Part shown: in pieces, positions 1-10,868 of the stretch
Numbering within the stretch: position 1 is the stretch's first letter
Layout of the letters: each line of letters starts with the position of its first letter
Virus record (IMG/VR): IMGVR_UViG_3300009105_000005
Span: 1-64,000 of that record
Length of the DNA: 64,000 bases
Reading direction: 5' to 3' (one strand)
From: an uncultured virus (IMG/VR IMGVR_UViG_3300009105_000005)
Taxonomy: Duplodnaviria > Heunggongvirae > Uroviricota > Caudoviricetes
Notes under the pieces: generated by a model
Database searches by the model: none
What the model was told of the DNA's origin: nothing
The model's input: the letters and a program-made list of their open reading frames with translations, nothing else
Program-made: the position numbers and the translations under genes

Positions 1-302
1 GATAAATCGCCACCGCCGGACATACCCGCTCCAGCCGAAATTAACCGTGAAGTCGGTACGCCAGCACCGCCAACCGGCCCGCCGGCAACAAAATCCCAAA
101 TGCTTACCCATCCCGAATTTTCCCTATACTTCAAAAGCCTATTGGTTGTGTCCAACCACCACATACCGTCGGCTACACCAACGGTCGGTGCAGATGTACC
201 GGCAAAACAGTTCTTTAACAAACCAAGATTATTCTCAAAATTCTGCATATCGGTCTGTGCTACATGACCTCCAGCAAAAATATCATCTACCCAATTAGGC
301 AT
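1..302 (-). CDS. Putative tail fibre protein, truncated by window start
   Basis: ATG at 302 just after the tail tip gene. Manual translation MPNWVDDIFAGG...GMWWLDTTNRLLK...SAGAGMSGGGDLS stays open to base 1 and has motifs typical of tail fibres. Confidence 0.6.
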   Translation of the reverse strand, partial: MPNWVDDIFAGGHVAQTDMQNFENNLGLLKNCFAGTSAPTVGVADGMWWLDTTNRLLKYRENSGWVSIWDFVAGGPVGGAGVPTSRLISAGAGMSGGGDL

Positions 303-312
303 AACCTATTTC

Positions 313-3300
313 CTATTGCGGGCCTTCGTAAGCTTTCATGTTTAATTCTTTTAAATATATATTCGTATCTACCGTTGGATCTGTAATTTCAACTTCGACA
401 TACACGTACCGGGCCGAAACTTCAGCGCACAGAATTTCAAAGAAATCCACCGATCCCCAAGTTCCAACTCCCGGCGTACTGCTTGATTCACTGTAATACA
501 ACGTTGCTTTGACCTGGCCGGCTTCTTCCGGTTCAAAAATCTGATTCCAGGTTTTAACCGATGCTAAAAGGTCGTCCCAAGTTGCACCGTCTTCCGAAGA
601 AAATGCTCTTTCTGTTCCGGCGAATGTTTCCGCCACATAGGTTGCCGTTATAACAACCTCATTGGCCGTTTCAGAATCTACCGTGTTTTCTCCATCATAA
701 TTTGTTGTGCCGGACAGCATTATTCCATCGGTTGCAGAAAAATTATGATCTGTGATTGGAATGCCGACCTTACCGCCTCCCTTGTCAACGGCTGCGGCAT
801 TATCGATTGTTTCATCTACGTCTACCGGAGCTACGCCGTCCCAGGTCGTGTCGGTTGACACAAAGGCGGTCCTGAAATCACCCCAAATTCTGACTTTTTT
901 GATGGCATTTAGATCATGCACCGGACTTGTGAACGTTCCGGTTAAAACGCTTGCTGTGTGAGAACATTTTAAAGCATCTCCGCTGTCATAGGTCGTATGT
1001 TCCGTGTTGCTATGAGTGCCTGTATTGAAGTCCCAAGCCCAACTTCCATAGGTTGCAAGCTCGCTGAATCCAGGCGGAATAAATACCGTTACAGTTGCGC
1101 TGACCGGAGTGGCCGAGTAATTACCAGAGTTATCTTTGGGCGACATCCAGAATGTATGCGTTCCGGGTCTGACACCGTTTAACCGAAGTGAACAGTTTTT
1201 ATTCAGGCTGATAAAGATAGCTCCGTCCCAAGCGTCTCCGAGTCTTACTTCGTAGCCTTCGATATCGGGGTCGGTCACCGGATCGGCATAGATTGAAACG
1301 CTATCGCCGTTAGCCACAGCGGTCATGGATGACAGATTGCTTGGCGGGGCCAGTTTTCCTATGATTGTTTTGCTGACCGTTTGAGCAGCATCAAAATCTT
1401 CTTTAACACCGTGAGAAGAAACTGAACGTATTTTGCAATAATGGACTGTGCCTTCTTCCACCGGATCAAACGTATAATCTTTGGTGGCCTTAGTAACGAA
1501 TCGCCACAAACTGAATGGCCAGTAACCGATCAGATCGGTTTGCAGATCTTCAAGTTCGTATAAAGCTTCAACATTAGCTTGCGTGAGCGCCCTATTATAA
1601 ATCCGACATTCATCGAGCTTGCCGGCATACGGTGAAGAACCGTCGTCCTGCGCTCCCCAGGACACATTGCCTGCGTTCGAAGCATCTGCATCGATAGAAC
1701 TGATATCCGGTTCCGTAGCACTGATCGTTTTGTCTATATAGGCATAAATTTTATCGTCTGTTCTGTTTACAACTACGACAACATGATGCCAGCTACTATC
1801 AAATGGTGTCAGATCGGTGAATGTGCCAACAACTGAATTCACTCCATCGGCCAGTGCAACTTCAAGCTCATTGCTTGTGCCGTTCGACCGGATTAAAATA
1901 TGATCGTTGACACCGACATACTTGGAAAACATACAGCCATCACTCTGTATCGATGTGCTGTCCATCCAAAAACTGATCGAAAAATCACCATTGCCAAGAT
2001 CGGCCAGATCGGTTGTGCCGCCATCGCCACAGTCCACCCGTTGAGTCGTGCCGTTAAATTCAAGACATTTGCCCCAGACACCCCAGACACCGTCCTCAAT
2101 AGTCGGGGATCCTTCGATCGTTCCATGGTTCGCATTGCTCGTTTCATCGTTGGCGATGGTATTCATGTCGATAATCATTTGCCAGATCTCGGCATGTGAC
2201 CAAAAGAAATAATCGCCGTAGGTTGGTGGGTCGAATTTCACTTTCCAGCGTGTAAAACTTCTTTCACGATAGGCATAGACTTCTTCGGAATGGGTAATAT
2301 TCTGGACAGAGGGAACTGTTCCGGCAGGCCCATCGAATGTAATGCTGTCTGATTCGCCGTCTTCCCAATTGCTTGTTGACGAAACTGCAAAATAATATGT
2401 CTTTCCAGGTTCAAGATTATAAACATCATAATCATTCTTGCCTGTAATCGTATCGATAGCTCGCCATATATCTTCGGTTGATTCTTTTTGATATATAGTA
2501 TGAACCCCAAAGCCCCGCCATGACAGATTAACGAATGTGGTCGGAAGATCGCCTTCCACTGCCCAAATCTCCTGAACCCTCAAATCCGTTACGAATGGCA
2601 GATCATAATCAGTTTCATAGTCTTCGATTGTTGCAGTATCACTGTAAACATTGGCGTCATATTCAAGAGCCATGATTTTTCTGTTTTGATCTTGGGTGCG
2701 AGTGATACCAATGATCCTAAATTCTTTGACAACCGAATTTGTTACTCCGAACGAATAAATATCGTCAGCTTGTGGTGTTTGGCTCCATACTCCGCTAAGA
2801 GTTAAATCCTTGATTGTAATTTCGGTGTTATCAAGCGTCCAGTATGTCGTCCAGCTTCCACCGACGCCGGGCTCAGAAGAAGCCGCAGATGTATGATCTG
2901 ACTTGGAAGTATAGCTATTCCCGCCGTTCTTGACGCTCTCACCTTCTTTATATGCCGTAGCTGTGACCCAATCAGGTGCAGTAAAAGAAATGCTCGCAAA
3001 TTCAAGATCGTCGTCGTCATAGTGACGCACAACGACCTGGTATGACGTGCCTGATTCAAGCGTAACAAATCTGTCAAGATTAACAGTTGTAGATGTTGCT
3101 CCTGTTATTCTGCCTGAATACCCCCATTGTGGAACATCGTGTGAAAAATAAATAACATCACCGACATTGGAAGCTAAAGCATCGACCCCGACTTCAAATG
3201 AAATTGTCCTGGTAAGATATTCATTACAATTAAGTAAAAATTTAGCATGTTTAAGTGCGAGCGTTTTGGATGTGCAGGCATATAAAACAATGGATATTTT

Positions 3301-5082
3301 ATTTTCAGTTATATCAGCATCCGTATCAAAAGAACTTGACCGAAGCTCAAAGGTCTGCCGAGTATAATTTTTAGCAGCATCGAAATAGGTAATTTCTATA
3401 CAGTTTGCCCTGTCTTTAGTGTCTAAGAATGTTTCTTTATAAGAATTGGTAACGATATTACCCATTCCGAACATCTGGACAGGATCGTCGGCCTTGTCGA
3501 TAACAACACCGAACTTTGTACCTTTTTGAACAACAGTGCCGCGTCCCATCGTGCTGAGAATATTCACAGCCTGAGAGAACGACATAGCCGTGTCAAAATA
3601 CATATTGACGGTATAATTATTGGTTGTGCAAAAATCAGCCCAATCACTAAACTCTGAGTAATTCATTCTGGAATACGGAATGGCTGCGCCGTATTCTGCA
3701 TTAACGTGCATATCATAACAGGCCCAGGCTGGATTGTTAGATGGCTTGGTTGTCCAGCCAGTTCCAGGAACGTAAACATCTACATTGTTACGGGTAACAA
3801 GGCACGAAATCCTTGGCATTGAACCAGACAGTTGATCTGTGGCCAAGGCTTCCACTCCAAGAAGTGAGGCGCCAGGATATGCAAAATCGTCATAAATAAC
3901 TGATTGGACGTAATCAAGATATATAGTATTTGAATATCGATTGGTCGATGGCGGATCAGCCGTAAGGCAAGCTTGAATTTCATATTCATCGGCAGTTAAA
4001 TTATCTACACGATATTCTTTCCGGATAGCTTTTTGAGTCTTGTCGGTGATCGTGTCTGTTGCAATATTTGTCCATGCACCGCCGCTTGTTGGGCGATACT
4101 GGATTTGAACACTGACCGATGCGTTAGATAACGATCCGTTGTCTGCAAAATAACACAGACCGTTGGGCAGGGTGATCCCAACAACAAGCCCTTGCGTAGC
4201 ATTGCCCGTGGCAGTGTCCTGTTTCCAACTGCCGTATGCCAATGGCTGCCATACAGAGCTTTCAGTGTAAGTATCGTTGAAATTTGCAATCGGGGTCTGG
4301 CTGAGTGAACCTTTTTTAGACGTATCTATATTTATATCTGTGTATTGACTTGAAGCATTTTCGTTGATCTCTATGTCACCGATTGAATCCACAGCGTGAT
4401 CGGCAACGCCGAACAGCATATTCAAATATTGCTTATTATCGGAACTTGAAATGTATCTGCCGATCAAATAAGGAAAAACCCTCATAGTGCCGTACAGTAC
4501 AGGCCATGTTTTACCTTCTAAAGCAGTATTGCCCTGTGTAGACCATCCGTAAGTTGCGGATTCGTCAGCCGGATTTCCACCTACAGAAGTATCGGCGCTT
4601 GACCTCGGCAGCATGGCGTTTACGATCATAGCCCCGCCCATAGCTACGCCTACTGTCAACAAAGATCCAGCAACTTGACTTCCTAAGATTGCTCCTGCCG
4701 AATAGTCGCCAGCAGCTCCTGCCATAAATGTTCCACCGCCGTACATATTCGCTAAACCAGCAGCAATATATGGTGCAACAACCATAACTGCGATCATTGC
4801 CACTACAGCGAGGATGCTTGTAGTATCACCATCGCCTTGAGGGACTAAGCAGAAAACAAGATTATCATCGATATGAGGAGCAAAAGTGTGAATATCTCTG
4901 ACCGGGCCGCCGTTGACAGAACTCACCACATTGACATCTTCGGGCATGGTTGGATAGATGTCCCGCATGTATTCAAATACAGCCTTGCCGTCTTCCCAAT
5001 CAATACGCCTGACGATCCGGTTGTTCAGTGGATCCAGATGGTTCGTAATGGCGGTTATTAATATTTGACTTCTATCCAACAT
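313..5082 (-). CDS. Tail tip / host-specificity protein (lambda gpJ-like) with inserted CBM-like and LamG domains
   Basis: 1589 aa. Motifs PVLYG, YPGASLLG, SNNPAW, N-x-IEITYFD. LamG-like GKLDECRIYNRALT. Position after K/L/M-like genes. Confidence 0.9.
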   Translation of the reverse strand: MLDRSQILITAITNHLDPLNNRIVRRIDWEDGKAVFEYMRDIYPTMPEDVNVVSSVNGGPVRDIHTFAPHIDDNLVFCLVPQGDGDTTSILAVVAMIAVMVVAPYIAAGLANMYGGGTFMAGAAGDYSAGAILGSQVAGSLLTVGVAMGGAMIVNAMLPRSSADTSVGGNPADESATYGWSTQGNTALEGKTWPVLYGTMRVFPYLIGRYISSSDNKQYLNMLFGVADHAVDSIGDIEINENASSQYTDINIDTSKKGSLSQTPIANFNDTYTESSVWQPLAYGSWKQDTATGNATQGLVVGITLPNGLCYFADNGSLSNASVSVQIQYRPTSGGAWTNIATDTITDKTQKAIRKEYRVDNLTADEYEIQACLTADPPSTNRYSNTIYLDYVQSVIYDDFAYPGASLLGVEALATDQLSGSMPRISCLVTRNNVDVYVPGTGWTTKPSNNPAWACYDMHVNAEYGAAIPYSRMNYSEFSDWADFCTTNNYTVNMYFDTAMSFSQAVNILSTMGRGTVVQKGTKFGVVIDKADDPVQMFGMGNIVTNSYKETFLDTKDRANCIEITYFDAAKNYTRQTFELRSSSFDTDADITENKISIVLYACTSKTLALKHAKFLLNCNEYLTRTISFEVGVDALASNVGDVIYFSHDVPQWGYSGRITGATSTTVNLDRFVTLESGTSYQVVVRHYDDDDLEFASISFTAPDWVTATAYKEGESVKNGGNSYTSKSDHTSAASSEPGVGGSWTTYWTLDNTEITIKDLTLSGVWSQTPQADDIYSFGVTNSVVKEFRIIGITRTQDQNRKIMALEYDANVYSDTATIEDYETDYDLPFVTDLRVQEIWAVEGDLPTTFVNLSWRGFGVHTIYQKESTEDIWRAIDTITGKNDYDVYNLEPGKTYYFAVSSTSNWEDGESDSITFDGPAGTVPSVQNITHSEEVYAYRERSFTRWKVKFDPPTYGDYFFWSHAEIWQMIIDMNTIANDETSNANHGTIEGSPTIEDGVWGVWGKCLEFNGTTQRVDCGDGGTTDLADLGNGDFSISFWMDSTSIQSDGCMFSKYVGVNDHILIRSNGTSNELEVALADGVNSVVGTFTDLTPFDSSWHHVVVVVNRTDDKIYAYIDKTISATEPDISSIDADASNAGNVSWGAQDDGSSPYAGKLDECRIYNRALTQANVEALYELEDLQTDLIGYWPFSLWRFVTKATKDYTFDPVEEGTVHYCKIRSVSSHGVKEDFDAAQTVSKTIIGKLAPPSNLSSMTAVANGDSVSIYADPVTDPDIEGYEVRLGDAWDGAIFISLNKNCSLRLNGVRPGTHTFWMSPKDNSGNYSATPVSATVTVFIPPGFSELATYGSWAWDFNTGTHSNTEHTTYDSGDALKCSHTASVLTGTFTSPVHDLNAIKKVRIWGDFRTAFVSTDTTWDGVAPVDVDETIDNAAAVDKGGGKVGIPITDHNFSATDGIMLSGTTNYDGENTVDSETANEVVITATYVAETFAGTERAFSSEDGATWDDLLASVKTWNQIFEPEEAGQVKATLYYSESSSTPGVGTWGSVDFFEILCAEVSARYVYVEVEITDPTVDTNIYLKELNMKAYEGPQ

Positions 5083-5458
5083 ATTTATAAAAAACCTTCT
5101 GTCTGTTTTTTAGATACGGATGATCTAATTTTTGCCGACAGGAATTTTTACCCTTCAATGTGTGAAGAATTTCGTTATTGCCGATATATAAAGCAAAATG
5201 ACTTAATGTATCCGGTACGTGCATACTCATAAAAACCAAACATGGAATTTTGGGTTCTTCTAAATATTCCCATTGAAACCTGAAAGACATGGCAATATGT
5301 TCGGTTAATTTAAGATCGTAATTCACTTGTTCGATGGCTTCTCTGACAATGTCATAATTCGGGACTTCAATTCCGAATTTTTTAAATCCTTGCCTAACAA
5401 GCCACCAGCAATCTGTTTCGCCTTTTACAAACGGTATGCCAATTAAATCGTTAAACAT
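5072..5458 (-). CDS. NlpC/P60 tail assembly protein (gpK-like)
   Basis: LIGIPF..DCWWLV..HFALYIG..ILH motifs. Start moved to MFNDLIG. Confidence 0.85.
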   Translation of the reverse strand: MFNDLIGIPFVKGETDCWWLVRQGFKKFGIEVPNYDIVREAIEQVNYDLKLTEHIAMSFRFQWEYLEEPKIPCLVFMSMHVPDTLSHFALYIGNNEILHTLKGKNSCRQKLDHPYLKNRQKVFYKYVG

Positions 5459-6113
5459 AGATACCTTTTGTTCCAACGCCCGGGGATCCACCGAATCTTG
5501 CTTCATTACTACTTGAATCCAAGTTGATTTTTAATCTGCAAGCTGCCAGCGTTCGTTCGCAGGAAGTGTCTGCACCGTCATACCCGCAGCGCCCGCCTTT
5601 AAAATCGTAGTATCTGCAAAAATTCCTAAGCACCCTGCCCCTTGGAAATCGCAAATTGTACGGACTTGAAGCCCCAAGCACAAAGCTTGCCCACATATTG
5701 TCAGCATGCGATCCGACAATGCGATAATTAAGCTCAATTTCAGGATTACTATTATTTGCGCCTGCTCCCAATGTGGCCGAAGTGACGTTTTTGGCATGAA
5801 CAACCATGATATCCACTTCGGATTCAACCAGGCCGTCGTAGGCTTCCATATATACCTGTATTGCCCTGGTAGCGTTTCCTATTCGAACGACCACCTGTGG
5901 AACTTCGCCTTTTTTTGAATCTCCAATTTCATCCAATTCAAACGGGAAAGCTGTCCAGATATCTCCGGCAGTTACAGGCCATGTTATATCCTCAACATTC
6001 TTGCAAATCCTGATAATCGTAGAATCAGGAAAAGTGACCTTTAAAAGAACTATCCATGAATATTCAGAAGCTAATTTGTTTTTTTCTATAAAGGCTGTTG
6101 CTGATAAAGACAT
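5451..6113 (-). CDS. Minor tail protein L-like (DUF1833-type) with C-terminal 4-Cys motif
   Basis: WTAFPF and C-terminal CRYYDFKGGRCGYDG..CERTLAAC..RFGGSPG. Confidence 0.85.
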   Translation of the reverse strand: MSLSATAFIEKNKLASEYSWIVLLKVTFPDSTIIRICKNVEDITWPVTAGDIWTAFPFELDEIGDSKKGEVPQVVVRIGNATRAIQVYMEAYDGLVESEVDIMVVHAKNVTSATLGAGANNSNPEIELNYRIVGSHADNMWASFVLGASSPYNLRFPRGRVLRNFCRYYDFKGGRCGYDGADTSCERTLAACRLKINLDSSSNEARFGGSPGVGTKGIYV

Positions 6114-6469
6114 TACGCTTCTTCCAGTAAGATCGGCCCAAGCTCCCAAGCATCTTCGCCGTCAAGCTGGCCGGCATAAGAAGCTTTAGGAAGACGGTTT
6201 TCCACAAATCGTACCGTATAAACCGTACTTGTCGTGGGATGCGTCCAATTGAATGTTGTGCCGATATTGTCTTCAAAAAAAGTAATAAGCGACTGCAATT
6301 CTGTTTCTGTAATTCCATCCCATCCAGTACTGAATTCCATCCTTGATCGGGTAGCATTAGCGCGTGACTGCACATATCCTGCATCAAAATTCGTTTTCAC
6401 CTGTGGTTTAAACGGATTCTGAGAAAAATATTTGGGGGATGGTTTTCTGGATAAGGGAAAGTTAGCCAT
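6113..6469 (-). CDS. Distal/minor tail protein (gpM-like)
   Basis: FDAGYVQSR..TFNWTHP..VRF pattern. Lies downstream of the tape measure gene. Confidence 0.8.
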   Translation of the reverse strand: MANFPLSRKPSPKYFSQNPFKPQVKTNFDAGYVQSRANATRSRMEFSTGWDGITETELQSLITFFEDNIGTTFNWTHPTTSTVYTVRFVENRLPKASYAGQLDGEDAWELGPILLEEA

Positions 6470-6507
6470 AATATATTACTATCAGTAAGATTAAGGTTAA
6501 AAAAAAA

Positions 6508-8877
6508 TTATCCGCCGAGACTGTCTCTTAGGCCATAGGCATTTCGGGTGAAAGCATCCAGCCAAACATTTACAACCCATTCCTGGCCGTTGAATTGCGG
6601 AGCTTCTTGACGAACCTTAGTTTGTTGCTCCGTGTTATTATGAACATTGACCGTTACAGGTGGCGCAGGGCCAATTTTATTGTTAGAAATAATATTTCCG
6701 CCGGAACCACCCATTTGTAGAATCTCCGGCCCTTTTTCACCGACGACATAAGCAGAGTATGGATCCACAGTCCCGCCACTGGCTTTGCCTGTTGATGGTG
6801 GTCCCATCCAAGTATTAAATGCACCGGCCAACGGACCAATAATGCTCTGGCGAATAGCAAGTCTCGCCAGATCAGCAAGCATGCCATCGACAAGATTTCT
6901 GAAATTTAGCTTTCCTGTAGTAACAAAATTTACAAGGGAATCTTCCATATTTTGAAACCCGTTGGTTATAACATTCTCAACATTTTGAGCGGCATTGGTC
7001 GCTTCATCGGCATAGCCTTGAAACGCCCTTTTAGCACCGTCAGTCCAAATACGAGATTCTTTAAGAACCTTTTCGGCTGTGCGGTTATTTTTTTTCGTGA
7101 TGCGTTCAAGATCACGATCCTGGTCGGCCACGGTGTATTGGGGCTTATCAAGGCCGAGCCTACGCCTTTCATGATCAGTTGGATTGAAAAAGCCGTCAAC
7201 AGCATAACCGCTTCCGTACATGGCAGCAGTTATATGATGATCTTTAGACATCGATGCTTTTCCAGCTTTAAGAATTTCTTTTGCTCTTTTTTCACGAAAC
7301 TTCCGCATATTTTCAGCAGTTTCGTGCGCTCCAACATCCCAACCCTTCGTGCCTTTCACATCGGCACCTGATGCTTTAAGCCTGCGTTTTTCATGGTCAG
7401 AGCCAGCATCTTTAGGATAGTTATAGTATTTCAGCCAGATTTCAGCCCGGGTTACTGTGTCCCATTTGAGAAGCTGTTCCAGTTTTTTCTGATCGTCTTT
7501 AAAAAACTTTTCGAATTTTTTATACAGCCTGCTATGGATTTCAGTTTCACGTTCACGATCTGTCATGCCGTAGAACTGAACTTTATCTTTGTAGATTTTT
7601 TTCCATTTATCTCCCAATGTTTTTGATTCTTTACCTTTGGCATCCCAATAACGAATATCAGCGCCAGGCTTGCCAGTATCCCAATGATCGGAACCAACAC
7701 CATGAAGCTGCATTTGCCTTTGATAATTCAAAACTCCAAGATCATCGATCAGATCTTTAAGAGTTTTGGGATTAGGACCGTAATGTTCTATATGTCGGCT
7801 TGGCTTACCGGATTTAAGATCAGAAATACCTTCCAGCAACATCTTTTCTTTATCTCTGAACTTTTCTTCCCGAATATTGTTAAAATAATTAGCCCAAGCA
7901 CGGACTTCCGGAGTTATTGCTTTGCCGATTACCGTGGCAATTTCTGTAAAAACGCCTTTAAGTTCATTGGCCGCTCCACTTAGAGTTCCGTCATAAAGGG
8001 TTTCGAGTTTATTAACTTCTGCGGACACCAGTTGCGTAGCTTGAATTGCGGTGTATCCTTCTTGGATATATGCTTGCATTTTTTCGATTGCTTTTTCAAT
8101 CGACATGTGCCCGCCGAATCCGGCGAATTTAGATGTATCTGTTATAAATCTTATTTCAGTTGAAGTTGCGCTGATCTCAGACTTTAATCCGGCCATTGCT
8201 TCTTCGGCTCTCATTGTAACCCTGGCAGTATCCCGAATCCATTGATGAAGCTTTTGGAAAACAAACATGGAAGCGGCTATACCACTCATAATGATAAAGA
8301 AATCACCGAGCCGAGTATTCAGGATGCTTACACGTCTGGCAGTTTTTTCCGTAGTTTTGCCAGTCTTTTCCATTTGTTTGTCATAGTCTCGCTGCCTCTT
8401 AATAGATTCTTCTAAATTTCTTTCAGGTGTTTTGTAATGGTCGTAAAAATCGCCCGGATGGGCGTCTAATGCGGCTCTTGATTTTGCAGCAGCACCACTT
8501 TTTTCCCGCCTGGCTTGAATTTCTTTAAGGTGAGCCCATTCCTTTTCAACATCAACCGCACCTTTAACAGCTTTCGACCTTTTTTTAATCGCCTGAGTAG
8601 ATCTGTCCGTAGCTCTGGCTTCTTCAAACAGCTTTTTAGTATAGTCACGTAAAGACTTGCCGGAAATCATGTCCAACATTTTCTTTTCTTCTTGTTTGGC
8701 CTTTACATACTTCTTGCTGAAACGTGAAGATTGAGCCTGTACTTTATCGGCAGAAGCTCCAAGTTTTTCGAATCTGTCCAAAGATTTATCTAACTGACGA
8801 TCAAGGCTATCAAAATCCTTTTTTGTCTTTCCTTTGGCTCCGATCCTCAGTTCTATGTTTGGATCTTTTGTTGACAT
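6508..8877 (-). CDS. Tail tape measure protein
   Basis: Helical composition. Lambda-type C-terminus (FVTTGKLNFRNLV..DLAR; ASGG..YVVGEKGPE). Confidence 0.9.
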   Translation of the reverse strand: MSTKDPNIELRIGAKGKTKKDFDSLDRQLDKSLDRFEKLGASADKVQAQSSRFSKKYVKAKQEEKKMLDMISGKSLRDYTKKLFEEARATDRSTQAIKKRSKAVKGAVDVEKEWAHLKEIQARREKSGAAAKSRAALDAHPGDFYDHYKTPERNLEESIKRQRDYDKQMEKTGKTTEKTARRVSILNTRLGDFFIIMSGIAASMFVFQKLHQWIRDTARVTMRAEEAMAGLKSEISATSTEIRFITDTSKFAGFGGHMSIEKAIEKMQAYIQEGYTAIQATQLVSAEVNKLETLYDGTLSGAANELKGVFTEIATVIGKAITPEVRAWANYFNNIREEKFRDKEKMLLEGISDLKSGKPSRHIEHYGPNPKTLKDLIDDLGVLNYQRQMQLHGVGSDHWDTGKPGADIRYWDAKGKESKTLGDKWKKIYKDKVQFYGMTDRERETEIHSRLYKKFEKFFKDDQKKLEQLLKWDTVTRAEIWLKYYNYPKDAGSDHEKRRLKASGADVKGTKGWDVGAHETAENMRKFREKRAKEILKAGKASMSKDHHITAAMYGSGYAVDGFFNPTDHERRRLGLDKPQYTVADQDRDLERITKKNNRTAEKVLKESRIWTDGAKRAFQGYADEATNAAQNVENVITNGFQNMEDSLVNFVTTGKLNFRNLVDGMLADLARLAIRQSIIGPLAGAFNTWMGPPSTGKASGGTVDPYSAYVVGEKGPEILQMGGSGGNIISNNKIGPAPPVTVNVHNNTEQQTKVRQEAPQFNGQEWVVNVWLDAFTRNAYGLRDSLGG

Positions 8878-9202
8878 TGTTGCCCTCAGATGTGATTTTT
8901 AGATACTCCATGTCGAGTATCTGGATGCGTCTTAGAAAAACCTGACGTTCTTCGGGATTGTCAATCTTGCGGATTTTCATATAGGCGTAGATTTCGGTAA
9001 GCGGAATCGGCCCAATTGAAAACCCCATACTGCGACTTGAATTCAACTCAAAGAACGCATTAAAATCGTAACTGAGATCTTCATAAAGAAGCGGACGTTC
9101 AAGGTAAACCTTGACTGTATGACCGGCTTTGTGAAGCCGTTCATACCATTTAAGATGTTTGCCGTGTTTCAGCGTCCATCTTAGGACGCTTGCAAGTTTC
9201 CC
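8810..9202 (-). CDS. Tail assembly chaperone -1 frameshift extension (gpGT-like)
   Basis: G GGA AAC at 9202-9196. The -1 frame is open from there (KLASVLRWTLKH...) into the 8810-9046 ORF (SRSMGFSIGPIPLTEI). Confidence 0.8.
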   Translation of the reverse strand, partial: GKLASVLRWTLKHGKHLKWYERLHKAGHTVKVYLERPLLYEDLSYDFNAFFELNSSRSMGFSIGPIPLTEIYAYMKIRKIDNPEERQVFLRRIQILDMEYLKITSEGNNVNKRSKHRTEDRSQRKDKKGF

Positions 9203-9642
9203 GAGGTATCCTCAAGCGCTTCGTCTTCATCCAGATCGTCTTCATCCAAATCTTCATCGGGATCGTCAGACCGATAATTATCAGGATCATCGGATTCTTG
9301 CAGAACCCTGAGATACATCTTTTTGTACTTCAAAAGAGCTGCAACCTTATTGTCCACAGTTGGGTCAACTGGATTGCCGTCATCGTCGAGAACGCCTTCC
9401 CAGGTTTTCAGAACGCCGATCGCAATAATTCTGGCGTTGATGCGCTGCCGATGCTTTCTGTTTCGGCGGGAAACTTCAAGCTCTTTGGCAAACTGGCGCT
9501 GAGCCTTTTCATGGCCCGGATTGCCAGCTTCGGCTATAAACAAGGTTACAGGTTCATTCTTGACATTATAACCAACAACGATGGGAACACCGTTGTTGGC
9601 CTTGTCAGTGTCACTTACAAAAAGATCGTTAAACGTTTTCAT
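9181..9642 (-). CDS. Tail assembly chaperone (gpG-like)
   Basis: Lies between tail tube and tape measure genes. Ends with slippery heptamer GGGAAAC. Confidence 0.85.
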   Translation of the reverse strand: MKTFNDLFVSDTDKANNGVPIVVGYNVKNEPVTLFIAEAGNPGHEKAQRQFAKELEVSRRNRKHRQRINARIIAIGVLKTWEGVLDDDGNPVDPTVDNKVAALLKYKKMYLRVLQESDDPDNYRSDDPDEDLDEDDLDEDEALEDTSGNLQAS

Positions 9643-9656
9643 GCTGATTCCTTTCT

Positions 9657-10856
9657 TTAAGCAGCGATTTTGTCGATCTGCATCATGCAGTCATACGTGG
9701 TGTCACGCAGGGCCGACCATCCAACGTTCTCGACAACTTCCGTGTCAGATCCAGAGACCTTTCCGCCATCATCTTCATCAAACTTAATGCGCGGAAATGT
9801 AAAAATATAGGCGTTGCCGTCTCCATCTTCGACATTGAAAGACATGCTTGATTCCGTTCCGGCAAGGTACTTGGCGTAGATCGCACCGTCATTAAACAGC
9901 ACGTTAAATGAGCCGTTTACTCTGAACTTACCGACACCGATATCAGCGTTACCCAGGATGCCAACGCCCTTGTTGCCACGGATGTTATTACTGACATTCA
10001 GGGAAATTTCCTGAATAATCAAATCAGAAGAAACCGCTGAACCGGCTTCACGGATTGAACCGACATTGACAGCGGCGTTCATCACGGTATTGGCTGGAGC
10101 AGCTACGTTTGCTCCTGTACCGAATGATGATCCGGCAAAATCCGATGCAGCGATTGTTCCACCTACAAAGTCCATCCGTCCACTGACAAATTCTTCGGCT
10201 TGAACGATCAGAGAAAGAGCGTTACAGACCTGGCCACGGAATGCGAAAAATTTGGTCATGTCGGCCAATTGACGTTGGAACGTAAAGCTGGACATTGTTG
10301 TACCGTTCCGGAGCATTGAGCCCTTGATTGTGGCAGCATCAATTTCGTCCAAAACTTCATCGCCTGTGATGCTTTCCACGGTGAGTTCCTGCCCATCGAC
10401 CGCTGTTACCAGATGATAACCATCATCGCCGGCTGAACCGTAAAGTTCGACCCATTGACCGGCTACGATTCCGTGTGTCACAGATGAGCCGAAGGTAATG
10501 GTATTGCCTGCGGAAGCAAGGGTGAAATCCAGATTTGAGCCGGTGGCTCCGGATGTGATCGTAGTGGTTGATCCTGTACCGACGCCCACAAAGGCGCCGA
10601 ACAGCGCACCTTCCAGAAGTTCATCGGGCGGTGCTTCATAGGATAGTTCAAAATCAAATCCGCCGGCTGCTTCTCCGCCGACCCTGACAGCATCGGGAAC
10701 CTGTCGGTCTGATCGAATTTCATTGGACTCACGGGTTGCAACTCCGTGGCCGAAATCCTCTCCGGTAAAACGTAGATCGGTAAGAGCCGAGGAAGGGGTT
10801 TCTCCCCATGTACTTTCCTTTAAGTAGCTGAGTTGCCCTCTATTTGAGTCAGACAT
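9657..10856 (-). CDS. Major tail tube protein
   Basis: ESTWGETP, SNEIRSDRQ and YIFTFPRIK motifs of phage tail tube families. Confidence 0.85.
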   Translation of the reverse strand: MSDSNRGQLSYLKESTWGETPSSALTDLRFTGEDFGHGVATRESNEIRSDRQVPDAVRVGGEAAGGFDFELSYEAPPDELLEGALFGAFVGVGTGSTTTITSGATGSNLDFTLASAGNTITFGSSVTHGIVAGQWVELYGSAGDDGYHLVTAVDGQELTVESITGDEVLDEIDAATIKGSMLRNGTTMSSFTFQRQLADMTKFFAFRGQVCNALSLIVQAEEFVSGRMDFVGGTIAASDFAGSSFGTGANVAAPANTVMNAAVNVGSIREAGSAVSSDLIIQEISLNVSNNIRGNKGVGILGNADIGVGKFRVNGSFNVLFNDGAIYAKYLAGTESSMSFNVEDGDGNAYIFTFPRIKFDEDDGGKVSGSDTEVVENVGWSALRDTTYDCMMQIDKIAA

Positions 10857-10868
10857 AATAAGCCTCCA

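Noticed and set aside
1..5082. Diversity-generating retroelement targeting tail genes
   Set aside because: No reverse transcriptase or template/variable repeat pair was seen in the window.
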